Positions 48,201 to 56,489 of a stretch of DNA of 64,000 nt are shown piece after piece (position 1 is the first letter of the stretch; each line of letters opens with the position of its first letter). The stretch is taken from contig JBCCWC010000008.1 in the NCBI GenBank assembly GCA_039194325.1, forward strand, positions 64,001 through 128,000, read 5' to 3'. The translations under genes and the position numbers were made by a program. The notes beneath the pieces were generated by a model, which saw nothing but the letters and a program-made list of their open reading frames with translations, did not search any database and was not told the DNA's origin. The stretch comes from Myxococcota bacterium (lineage in GTDB: Bacteria; Myxococcota_A; Polyangia; Nannocystales; Nannocystaceae).

Positions 48201-48445
48201 CTGGCCCGATCGCCGAGTGCGAGCATCGGCACCTTGGGCACGTCGACCGTGTCTTCGACATCGGGGAGGACCGAGTCCCCGCCTACCGACAGCACCGCGC
48301 TGCGATCGGCGCTCTGGACCGATGCGGGCGGGGACGACTTCACCCCATGGAGATCGACCGGCTGCGTCGCCGCAGCGCTCGTGTCGTTGCGTCCCCGGTC
48401 ACCGCCCCCGGCTTCCGGTCGAGGACCGCGTCCAGATCTCTGCAT
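45287..48445 (-). CDS. membrane Ser/Thr kinase with TPR repeats (paralog of 37301-40345)
   Basis: GQGGGG, VALK, HRDFKPSN, DFG, GTPSYMSPE, TM segment, LGPEHPQVA repeats. Start uncertain. Confidence 0.94.
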   Translation of the reverse strand: MQRSGRGPRPEAGGGDRGRNDTSAAATQPVDLHGVKSSPPASVQSADRSAVLSVGGDSVLPDVEDTVDVPKVPMLALGDRASAAEHEWSPLEWLGTSGRPFEVERYVVLGLLGQGGGGVVFKAIDPSLDRWVALKVLHQECDPTHTARLLREAQAMAKLSHPNVVQVYEVGQTRGRTFVSMELVEGQTLAEWMSTQPRPTWRACVDVFMQLGTGLAAAHERGLIHRDFKPSNAIIDDEGRARVLDFGLVRRAGELHNERSIDQSLTSTDRKERNSMDESLTEVGVVVGTPSYMSPEQLRGQDINVQSDQFSFCVALYEALYGERPFAGRTLTALLFSILRAKARPAPKGSAVPVRLRKVLLRGLAADPEQRWPSMSTLVEQLRQQVAPRRGRWLGLGAGVTLGLGGLGAALAYQADMAKRCTGSRAELDGIWGDARRQEVKAALLGTARPHAPDTWNRVELQLDAYADDWTRKHAEVCEATSVRGEQTHEAMHLRMACLGRDRTALRAAVDRLARADAAVVDRAVKLVGGLPVVTRCDDLDWLEQYDQRMPPPKDPEVAQQVDAMREQLADIEAASIAGQYVDALAQVESVVQQARALGYPPLLAEAQYWHGDLLNRNGRYEDAEQALEQAHAQALRHGHDEVVLRAAQSLTFVVGVWQDRPAEGRLWGKVAVPLAERIAAGTNKTQVAHSLDRLGSVCGQQGEYEEAKGYFERALRLMEQAAGADDFNVALILINLGNVHTRQGEYEEAKGCFERALRIVGEVLGPEHPQVAMGLSNLGSVYATQGEYEEAKGYLERALQIREKTLGIEHPQVALILHNLGRAHMYLGAFEEAKECLERALSTREKALGPEHPQVVSVLLGLGSMHMRKAEHEEAKGYFERALHTREASLGAEHPQVALVLDNLGNLSLHEGEYEEAKGYFTRARQIKHEALGADHPESVYSWVGLAMVALWEGDLELARQHAERAVSVSEQAPRGSVPWAEARFVLARVLWGDGDDSGDRVRARALAEQAREAFATIGICGETGICLAEVRAWLAERHVESGVESGVESG

Positions 48446-48627
48446 GTCTCATTCCCGCTCGTCGCTCCACAGGCCCTGTCAATCATACGGTAGCTGCCCA
48501 GACGATCGGGAAAAGACCGCCCGCCCTAGCAACCTGCCAAGCGCGAAAACGAGGCCACCGCTGCCAGCGACCCCAAGAGCGCTGAGACCACGCCAGCGGG
48601 CGCGGAGTCGGAAGTCCCCCTGCTGGA

Positions 48628-50646
48628 CTAGTCCTGCGTAGTGGTCGAAATCGACGCGGGTGGTCCGCCTGCTGGTTCGTCCGTCGCCGCGTCCGTCGCT
48701 GCATCGCCGAGGGCCTCGATGACCGGCTCGACGGCATCGAACGCCGCGCGCAGCGAAGGCAGCAGCGCATCGGTGGCATCTCCGGCGCGAGCGGCCACCT
48801 CGATCGCGCTGGCGATCCGGCCCACGCCCGCCGCCCCCACGCTCAGACTCGCGCTCCGCAAAAGGTGAGCGGCACGAGCCCGCCGGCTCGGATCGCTCGC
48901 CTGCTCGACGGCCTCGATCTGCGCCGGCGCTTGCCCCAGATAGAGCCGCGTCACCTCCGCCAAGATCCCGGGCTGGCCCTGCTCGAGCGCCCGTAGCTCG
49001 TCCACGACCCCCGGATCCAAGACCCCCGACTCCAAGACCCCCGACTCCAAGAGGGTGTCGGCTCCCACCCGTGCCGACTCAGCTCCGCCCACCTCCGACG
49101 AGGCCGGCGGCGTCCCCTCGCGCCGACCCGGCGGGTCAGAGCCGGCGCTCGAGCCCGAACCACGCTCGGGCGCGCCGACGGGTGGCCGCACGTGCTCGGC
49201 GATCATCGCGAGCATCGACGCCCGACTAAAGGGCTTGCTGAGTAAGCCAGCGATCCCCGACGAGCCCAGCCTCCGCACACGATCCTCGTCGACATAGCCG
49301 CTGGAGATCAGCACGGGAACCTCGGGCTGGATCTCGTGCATGATCTCCAGGACCTCCTCGCCCGACATTCGGGGCAGATCGAGATCCAGCATCACGATGC
49401 CGATCCGTGCCGCGTGGTCACGAAAGACCTCGAGCCCCTCGAGCCCCTCGGCGGCCACGAGCACCTCGGCCCCTTCGGCTTCCAGCACCCGAGACGTGAT
49501 CGAACGAACCACCGCGTCGTCGTCCACCATCAGCACCACCATCCCCGGCGGCAGCGAGGCGACCACGGGGTACTCCGGGGACGCTCCCCCTTCGACGCGA
49601 ATGAAGGGCAGCCGCACCGTCACGCTGGTTCCCTGGCCCGGCTCGCTAGACACCGCCAGCCTGCCGCGATGCTCACGAACCACCCGATCGACGGTCGCGA
49701 GCCCGAGCCCCGTCCCGTGACCGCGGGGCTTGGTGGTAAAGAAGGGATCCAGCGCTCGCTCCAGGGTATGCGGATCCATGCCCTCGCCCGTGTCGGTCAC
49801 CTCGACCACCGCCTTGTCGTCCGAGCGCTGCACCCGGACCACTATTTGCCCGCCCTGGGGCATGGCATCGGCGCCGTTGGACACGAGATTGACGATGACC
49901 TGGAACATCTGGGACGACGATCCATAGACACCGACCCCCGCCTCGATCTCGGGCCGAATGACCACGGTCCGCGGCACCATGCGGCACAGCAGCTGCACGG
50001 CATCGGTGGCGACCTTCGCCAGGTCGACCTGCTCGTACCGGGTGGTACCACCGCGGGCAAAGCTCATCAGCTGACCGGTCAGCTCCGCGCCGCGACGAGC
50101 CGCGTCGTCGAGATCGCGAAGGCACGCCCCCACCCGAGCATCGGCGCCGCACAGATCCCGCAGCAGATCCATCCCCACGGTGAACGCAGCCAGGATGTTA
50201 TTGAAATCGTGGACGATCCCTCCCGCTAGCTCGCCCAGCATCTGGAGCTTCTGGACCTGCATGACCTGGTCGTCGAGCGGGGTGTCGCGGGTGAACAGCA
50301 AGACCGTGCTGGCGCCGATCGTGATCTTGTCGCCAAAGGCGAGGTGGGAGCGCTTGACCGCCACCCCGTTGACGAAGGTCCCGTTGCGACTGCCCAGATC
50401 CTCGATGAAGAACCCCGACATGGGGTCGTAGCCGAGCTGAGCGTGCCGACGCGAGGTCCCGTCGTCTTCGACGACTACCTCGCACTGCGCGTCGCGACCG
50501 AGGACCGCCCCCGGGTGCACCTGCATCCGCTGGCCCGTGCGAGGCCCGAGCGCGTGGACCAGCTGAGCTCGATCATCGTGGACCGGGCCGGTGCTGGGAC
50601 CCTTGTCGCGCAGGAGCTTCGTCTCCTTGGTGGGATCCATGTTCAT
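48628..50646 (-). CDS. hybrid histidine kinase FHA-HisKA-HATPase-REC-HPt
   Basis: FHA (LGR..SRRHA..DLGSRNGTFVNG), HDFNN, NLVSNGADAM, DTGEGM, FFTTK, GTGLGL, REC (VDDD..LDLDLP..KPF), HPt (AHLLRSAS). Confidence 0.94.
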   Translation of the reverse strand: MNMDPTKETKLLRDKGPSTGPVHDDRAQLVHALGPRTGQRMQVHPGAVLGRDAQCEVVVEDDGTSRRHAQLGYDPMSGFFIEDLGSRNGTFVNGVAVKRSHLAFGDKITIGASTVLLFTRDTPLDDQVMQVQKLQMLGELAGGIVHDFNNILAAFTVGMDLLRDLCGADARVGACLRDLDDAARRGAELTGQLMSFARGGTTRYEQVDLAKVATDAVQLLCRMVPRTVVIRPEIEAGVGVYGSSSQMFQVIVNLVSNGADAMPQGGQIVVRVQRSDDKAVVEVTDTGEGMDPHTLERALDPFFTTKPRGHGTGLGLATVDRVVREHRGRLAVSSEPGQGTSVTVRLPFIRVEGGASPEYPVVASLPPGMVVLMVDDDAVVRSITSRVLEAEGAEVLVAAEGLEGLEVFRDHAARIGIVMLDLDLPRMSGEEVLEIMHEIQPEVPVLISSGYVDEDRVRRLGSSGIAGLLSKPFSRASMLAMIAEHVRPPVGAPERGSGSSAGSDPPGRREGTPPASSEVGGAESARVGADTLLESGVLESGVLDPGVVDELRALEQGQPGILAEVTRLYLGQAPAQIEAVEQASDPSRRARAAHLLRSASLSVGAAGVGRIASAIEVAARAGDATDALLPSLRAAFDAVEPVIEALGDAATDAATDEPAGGPPASISTTTQD

Positions 50647-52760
50647 CGGTGCCCCATCCTCTCGTTGAGGCGCGTGATCCGACTGGCCGCCGAGGGATGA
50701 CCCAGCTTCGCGGCCCGCTGGTACTGAACCATCGCGTCCGCGTAGCGAAAGGTCTTGAGCAGAGCATCGCCCAGGCCGATCCGGAGCTTGGCGTTGTTGG
50801 GCGCGCGCCGGATCGCCGCCCGGCGGTGCCGCGCGGCCTCGGTGTAGTGCCCAGCCTCGAAGTGGAGATCGCCCAGACCCACCAGCGCCTCCAAGCTCTG
50901 AGGGTCGGCCTTCAGGGCGCGGTTGAACAGCGTCTGCGCCTGACGAGTCCGCCCGGCGCGAGCCTGGGACTTGGCCTGGGCCACCAGCTGTCGGGCGACC
51001 TCGGCGTTCGACTGCGCCGGCTCGACCGCCGGGGCGCCGGCCGACTCCCCCGTCTCGCCGCCGTCGCTCGGGGACGACGAGGACCGGGGCTCGCCCGCTG
51101 CCCCGGACGACCGCCTGGTGCGGGTCCGCCCCGGCCGCTCGACCAAGCGGGTCAGATCGTCGCGCACGCGGGGCGACCGCTCGGGCTCGGCCGCGAGCTG
51201 CTCCAGCGCCTGGTCGCGCTGCTGGTCGTCTTCCATCGCCAGCGCGACCAGGGGCTCGACCGACAAAAGGGTCGCGGCGGTGAACGAGCGCTCGCCCGCC
51301 TTGCGACGCAAGTCGTTGATCTGCCCCACCGAGAGCATGGCCCGCTCGCTCGCTCGCTCGCGCGTCGGGTCGAACATCAGGGCCTGGGCGTAGTAGTCCA
51401 TGGCGAACGCCCGGCCTCCCAGCTCGTCCCAGTATCGGTCGCCCAGCCGAACGAGCGCGTCGGCGAATTCGTGGCGAAGCGTGGCCGCCCGCTCGCTCGC
51501 CGCCACGACCTCCGGCTCTAGTGCGTCGAGATCCAGCAGCACGGTGTACGCGGTGTCGGCCTTTGGATCGTCGGCCGGAGGATAGAGGTAGAAGGTCTTG
51601 GCCGCCGCCGCGTAGGCCCGCGTGGTGAGCTCTTCGATGCGGCTTTGCTGCTGGGCCGCCATCGACGACCCGTCGTCACGCCACGCGACCATCACCCCGC
51701 CCGCGACCACCACTCCCAGGGCCGCGGCCGCCCACCACGCCCGCCGAGGCGAGCGCGGCCCCACTCCCTCGGGCTGCGGCATGTGTGTCTTGAGGTACTC
51801 CCGGCGCTCGGGCGCCACCGCCGGCAGCGGAAGGTCGTCCCAGGCCGTCCGCAAGCCCGCCGCGATCTGGGCCTCGCACAGCGCCGCCTCTAGATCCGCC
51901 GCGTCCCGGGGGCGCTCCGAAGGCGCCTTGGCCATGCACTGGACCACGAGCGCGTCGAGCTGCGCCGGGATCTCCTGGTTGCTCGTCACGGGCGAGGGGG
52001 CCGGTGTGTCGAGGTGGTGCTGCATCACCGCGGACAGATCGCCGCCGAAGGGTGGCTTGCCCACCAACATCTCGTAGGCGACGCAGCCCAGCGAGTAGAA
52101 GTCGGTGCGACCGTCGAGGGCCTCGTCCCCCAGCCGCTCGGGCGCGAGGTAGGCCGCCGTCCCCACCACGTCCTCGCGACCTACCTCGCCCAGCGCGCTG
52201 GCGATCCCAAAGTCGAGCACCTTGACGAAGTCCGTCCGTCCTTGGCGGGGGCAGAGCATGATGTTCTCGGGCTTGATGTCCAAGTGCACCAGGCCGGCCT
52301 CGTGGGCCGCCGCGAGCCCGCGGCAGATCTGGCGCAGGATCCCGATCGCGCGACCGGGCGGCAGCATAGAGCTGGCCCGCAGGGCCTCGCGGAGGGTCTG
52401 CCCCTCCAGCATCTCCATGGCCATCGCCACCCGACCGTCCGGGATCCGGAGGAAATCGTAGACCTCCACGATGTTCGGGGCGGCGATCCTCGCGGTGACC
52501 CGTGCCTCGTCGCGCAGCTGCTCGATGGCCCCGGCGTCGTCCTCTGAGCCCAGGATCACCTTGAGCGCCACCACCCGATCGATGTCCACGTGCCGGGCTC
52601 GATAGACCACCCCCATCCCGCCCTCGGCGATCCACTCCTCGATCCGGTAGGGCGTGCCCGGTACGACCTCACCCTTGGCCAGGCGCACCCGCTCCAGCGG
52701 GAGATCCACTGGAGGCGAGTCCGCGGCCGCGACGTCCATGGTCCGGGTCGGTCCAGACAT
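50643..52760 (-). CDS. membrane Ser/Thr kinase (non-RD) with TPRs
   Basis: AEGGMG, VALK, HLDIKPEN, DFG, YLAPE, TM segment, C-terminal TPRs. Confidence 0.92.
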   Translation of the reverse strand: MSGPTRTMDVAAADSPPVDLPLERVRLAKGEVVPGTPYRIEEWIAEGGMGVVYRARHVDIDRVVALKVILGSEDDAGAIEQLRDEARVTARIAAPNIVEVYDFLRIPDGRVAMAMEMLEGQTLREALRASSMLPPGRAIGILRQICRGLAAAHEAGLVHLDIKPENIMLCPRQGRTDFVKVLDFGIASALGEVGREDVVGTAAYLAPERLGDEALDGRTDFYSLGCVAYEMLVGKPPFGGDLSAVMQHHLDTPAPSPVTSNQEIPAQLDALVVQCMAKAPSERPRDAADLEAALCEAQIAAGLRTAWDDLPLPAVAPERREYLKTHMPQPEGVGPRSPRRAWWAAAALGVVVAGGVMVAWRDDGSSMAAQQQSRIEELTTRAYAAAAKTFYLYPPADDPKADTAYTVLLDLDALEPEVVAASERAATLRHEFADALVRLGDRYWDELGGRAFAMDYYAQALMFDPTRERASERAMLSVGQINDLRRKAGERSFTAATLLSVEPLVALAMEDDQQRDQALEQLAAEPERSPRVRDDLTRLVERPGRTRTRRSSGAAGEPRSSSSPSDGGETGESAGAPAVEPAQSNAEVARQLVAQAKSQARAGRTRQAQTLFNRALKADPQSLEALVGLGDLHFEAGHYTEAARHRRAAIRRAPNNAKLRIGLGDALLKTFRYADAMVQYQRAAKLGHPSAASRITRLNERMGHR

Positions 52761-53756
52761 CTAGAACCGCCCCTCCACGCGCACGCCGTGGGGCAAGAGC
52801 GCTGCGCGGATCTTGCGATCGTCGTCGGCCCGATACCCCACCACCAACAGGGCCGTAGCGGCCCCGAGCAGCACCCCGCCGGTTACCACCGACGCGATCC
52901 CTCCGGCCAGGGTGGAGTGGCGAAAGGGACAATATCCATCATCGTCCACGTTGGGACCGGAGCAACGCGCTCGGACCGGGCGGCCGTCGAGCGCGAGCAG
53001 GGTAGCACCCACGGCAACCGCGACCACCCCACCTCCCAGCGCGCCCCACCCCAGCCCCCGATACCGCGAGCGAGGGATCGGCTGGAGCTCGGCATCCACC
53101 CGTGTGGTCGTCCCCGCGACCATCAACACCGGCTGCTTGCGACCGATATAGCGGTTTTTCTTGATGCGGAGCTGCCGGCGGCCCGGGGCCACGGGCAGCT
53201 CGAGCGGCGTCGTCCCCAGCAGCCGCCGGTCCAGCCGCACCCGCGCGCCCTCGGGCACCGTGGTGACCACCAAGAGCCCCGCCACCGCCGTCTCGTCGAT
53301 CCGAGCCGCGACCGCCCTTACCATTTCGGCCAGGGTCTGGTTCATCTCGGCGAAGCCGCAGATCTCGCACACGCGATCCGAGCCGGTCATCACCTTCCCC
53401 GACTCGCCGTCGACCAGACGCAGCGTGAGCGCATAGTCGGGGTCGGACTTGTTGACCACCAAGGAGACCAGGTAGCGAGCCCCCGACGACTCGGACACCG
53501 CACGCCAGCACTCCGGCTCGGCACACGATCGCGCCTCGCGGTTGGCCTTGACGAGTGGATCCGGCCCGATGACGTCGGCGCTCTCGGCCAGCAGGGCGGT
53601 CATGGTGGACACCATCGTCTTGCGCTGGGCCCGAGTGAGACGACCTTGCACCTGGACCGGCAAGACACCGATCGTACGCTCGTCGACCGGGGCGGCGGTC
53701 GTGAGCATCATTGCCATGGTCGCCGCCAACATCATCGCTACGCCCCCTGGGGACAC
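52761..53756 (-). CDS. PEGA-domain membrane protein
   Basis: LVVTTVPEGARVRLD..LGTTPL..V.PG, two C-terminal TM helices, terminal GRF. Confidence 0.88.
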   Translation of the reverse strand: MSPGGVAMMLAATMAMMLTTAAPVDERTIGVLPVQVQGRLTRAQRKTMVSTMTALLAESADVIGPDPLVKANREARSCAEPECWRAVSESSGARYLVSLVVNKSDPDYALTLRLVDGESGKVMTGSDRVCEICGFAEMNQTLAEMVRAVAARIDETAVAGLLVVTTVPEGARVRLDRRLLGTTPLELPVAPGRRQLRIKKNRYIGRKQPVLMVAGTTTRVDAELQPIPRSRYRGLGWGALGGGVVAVAVGATLLALDGRPVRARCSGPNVDDDGYCPFRHSTLAGGIASVVTGGVLLGAATALLVVGYRADDDRKIRAALLPHGVRVEGRF

Positions 53757-53777
53757 GAACGCGGACGAGCGGATCGC

Positions 53778-55166
53778 TCACCCGCCGCTCTTGCTCCCCT
53801 CGCTCTTGTCCTCATTCCCGTCCTCGACCCCGTCCTCGTCCCCGTCCTGGCCCTTGCCGGCCACCCCCAGTCGGCGAATGTACGCGCACAGATCCGGGTA
53901 CTCGTCTTTGGCGATTACGCCGCTCCACGCCGGCATCGGCGTCAGGGGGTCGTCTTCGGCCGGGTCTTCGAGGAATGCGACGAGCTCCGCGTCGGTGCTC
54001 AGCCTTGCCGAGGCGCCCCGCAGATCCGCCACCCCGTCGCCGTCGTCGCCGTGGCAGTAGTAGCAGCCGTAGCGCAGGTACAGATGCCGGCCGCCGTCTG
54101 CCTTGCGCCCGATCATGCGGTAGGGCGGGCTGGGCTCGACCTCGTTATCCACCGGCGTCAGGGTTTGGAGGTAGGCATAGATCGCCTCCACGTCTCGCCC
54201 GTCCAGGCCGGGGAACCGCTGCATGGGCCATCGCAGCACCTTGCCGTCCGGGCCGAAGCCGTCGAGCAGCGCCCGGCGGACCTGCTCGAAGGTCCAGCTC
54301 TCGAGGCCCGTGGCGTGAGGCGTGAGGTTGGCGGCGCGGAGCACTACCCCGTTGATGTCGCTGGTCGCCGCGCCGCCCGCCAGGTAGCCGGCGGTGGTCT
54401 TGGGGTTCTGACTGTCGAACTCCCCCCACGTCTCGCTGTGGCACGCCGCGCACTGGAGCACGTGGTCGACCAGGTAGGCTCCGCGAGCCTCCAGCGCGTG
54501 GGCAGCGGGGGCCTCGATCGGCGCCCGGGGGTAGGGCAGCGGGCCCCACCCCACCAGCGCGCGGTACTTGGCCACCAGCGAGTACTGCGTGGGGGGAGGC
54601 TGCTCGGAGCGCGGGGCCACCCAGGGGTCATCCGACTGGAGGAAGGCGAGGATCGCCAGCAGATCCTCGTCGGCCAGCCCCGGCCAGCGAGGCATGACCG
54701 GCGGCGGCACTACCTGCCCTGTCTTGGGGTGGATCCCCGTCCGCAGCAGCACCGCCACGTCGGCCGCCGACCACTCTCCGATCCCCGCCTGCGGGTCGCG
54801 GGTGATGTTGGGCGCGCTCACCTTGCCCAGGCGGGTGGGCACCTCGTCGAGCACGCGGCCCCGCAGACCTCCGGCCCGGCTGTCGTAGTGGCAACGCCAG
54901 CACAGCATGGAGACCAGCCGCTTGCCCCGCGCCACCCGCTGGGGGGTAACCTCCACTGCGACCTCGGGCCGAGGCACGTCATAGACCGGCATGCCCAACA
55001 GCGTCAGCGTGCCCGCGCCCACCGCCAGCAGCAGGCCCACCACGCCCAGGCTCCACAGGCCCACCCGCAACAGCCCGATCTTGCGCCTGCTCTTGTGACC
55101 GGTCTGGTGACCGGTCTGGTGACCGGTCTGGCGCCCATTCTGGCGATGGTTGCTTCGCCGGGCCAT
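53778..55166 (-). CDS. membrane-anchored tri-haem c-type cytochrome
   Basis: CWRCH, CAACH and CYYCH; APNITRD..GIG.W; ANLTPH. TGATG overlap with the upstream gene. Confidence 0.9.
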   Translation of the reverse strand: MARRSNHRQNGRQTGHQTGHQTGHKSRRKIGLLRVGLWSLGVVGLLLAVGAGTLTLLGMPVYDVPRPEVAVEVTPQRVARGKRLVSMLCWRCHYDSRAGGLRGRVLDEVPTRLGKVSAPNITRDPQAGIGEWSAADVAVLLRTGIHPKTGQVVPPPVMPRWPGLADEDLLAILAFLQSDDPWVAPRSEQPPPTQYSLVAKYRALVGWGPLPYPRAPIEAPAAHALEARGAYLVDHVLQCAACHSETWGEFDSQNPKTTAGYLAGGAATSDINGVVLRAANLTPHATGLESWTFEQVRRALLDGFGPDGKVLRWPMQRFPGLDGRDVEAIYAYLQTLTPVDNEVEPSPPYRMIGRKADGGRHLYLRYGCYYCHGDDGDGVADLRGASARLSTDAELVAFLEDPAEDDPLTPMPAWSGVIAKDEYPDLCAYIRRLGVAGKGQDGDEDGVEDGNEDKSEGSKSGG

Positions 55167-56470
55167 CAATTCACCGTGATCGTCTTGTTGCGGGTGGATC
55201 CGCCCCGAACGTAGCGAACCCGAAAAGTTCGGGTGTTCGAGAGCCCCATATAAAGCTGCATGGCCTCGAGATCGTTGGTCAGGTCGCGCCCGTTGATGTG
55301 GGTGATCTTGTCTCCGCTGCGAAAGCCCAGCTGCTGGACCGCGCTGCCGGAGCGCACCGTCTTGAGCTTGTAGCCGCTGAATACGTCGTTGCGAATGGCC
55401 GGCACCACCCGTGCTTGGGATTCCAGCTTGGCGGGCGACCGCACCAGGCTGTCGAAGTAGACCTTGTCGAGCGTGCAGCTGCTGGCGCTGGCGCAGCGAG
55501 CCACCGTGTTGCCCGACGGGCGGGGGGTGCTCGCGCCCCCCCGCGAAGGAGAAGGGCGTCGCCCGCCCGAAGGCGAGGGTCGCTTACCTCCCGACGAGGG
55601 CACGACGCCTCCGCCGGCTCCGCTACCGCCGGCTCCGGCTCCACCTCCACCTCCGCGAGGATCGCCTGCCCCTCCGCCGACGCCGAGGGGGTCGTCCGTC
55701 ATCGCCACCGCATTGGACTCGGGATCGTCGGCACCCGAGGTGGGCTCGTCCGATCCTCTCGCGGATTGTTCGTCTACGAGATCGAGCCAGGCCATGCCGC
55801 CCATCAGCCGATAGCTGAGCACGAACGAGACGTCGTCGCGAAAGATCGAGACGGTGACCCGATTGTCCGCCCGGGCCAGCGCCGGCGAGATCCAGCCGGG
55901 CTCCGCGGTGGAGATCCCGTTGACCTCCTCGATGACGTCGCCCTCCGCCAGTCCCAGTCGGGCCCAGGGGCTGCCCGTGGGCAGCGGGCCGACCCGGTAG
56001 CCAGCGGCGGGTTTGCTCTGGTCGCTGGGATCTCGGTTGCGCCACGCGGTGAAGGGCAAGGGATCGTGACGCAAGTGCTCGACCACCAGCGCGGCCACGT
56101 AGGCGTCGACGCGATAGGTGCTGCCGCCCTCGGGAGGCGGGGCGATCGCTCGGTCGATCACCCCGGCCAGCAGTGAGCTTGGCCCCGGAGGTTTGGCGCC
56201 TGCGCCGGACGAGCTCGGGTCGGTGGGGCTCGCGCCCGATCGGCTCGCGTCCGCCCCGTTTGCATCCGTGGGGTTCGCATCGGCCGGGCTTGCATCGGCC
56301 GGGCTTGCATCGGCCGGGCTCGCGTCCGTCGAGGGATCGTCCTTGCTCAGGGAGTCACAGCCAGAGGTCGTCAGACCCAGGGCGATCCCCATGGCGATCC
56401 CCGCGGAGATCGCCGGGATCGGCATCCGTGGGACTCGGACACCCCAAAGCTGCTGGAGGGTGGCGCTCAT
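55166..56470 (-). CDS. lipoprotein with two GspC-type PDZ domains
   Basis: Lipobox TSGC, GYRV..GSPW.RLGL..GDVIEEVNG and GYKL..GS..QQLGFRSGDKITHING. Confidence 0.75.
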   Translation of the reverse strand: MSATLQQLWGVRVPRMPIPAISAGIAMGIALGLTTSGCDSLSKDDPSTDASPADASPADASPADANPTDANGADASRSGASPTDPSSSGAGAKPPGPSSLLAGVIDRAIAPPPEGGSTYRVDAYVAALVVEHLRHDPLPFTAWRNRDPSDQSKPAAGYRVGPLPTGSPWARLGLAEGDVIEEVNGISTAEPGWISPALARADNRVTVSIFRDDVSFVLSYRLMGGMAWLDLVDEQSARGSDEPTSGADDPESNAVAMTDDPLGVGGGAGDPRGGGGGAGAGGSGAGGGVVPSSGGKRPSPSGGRRPSPSRGGASTPRPSGNTVARCASASSCTLDKVYFDSLVRSPAKLESQARVVPAIRNDVFSGYKLKTVRSGSAVQQLGFRSGDKITHINGRDLTNDLEAMQLYMGLSNTRTFRVRYVRGGSTRNKTITVN

Positions 56471-56489
56471 CGACCGGGGGGCGATGCTA

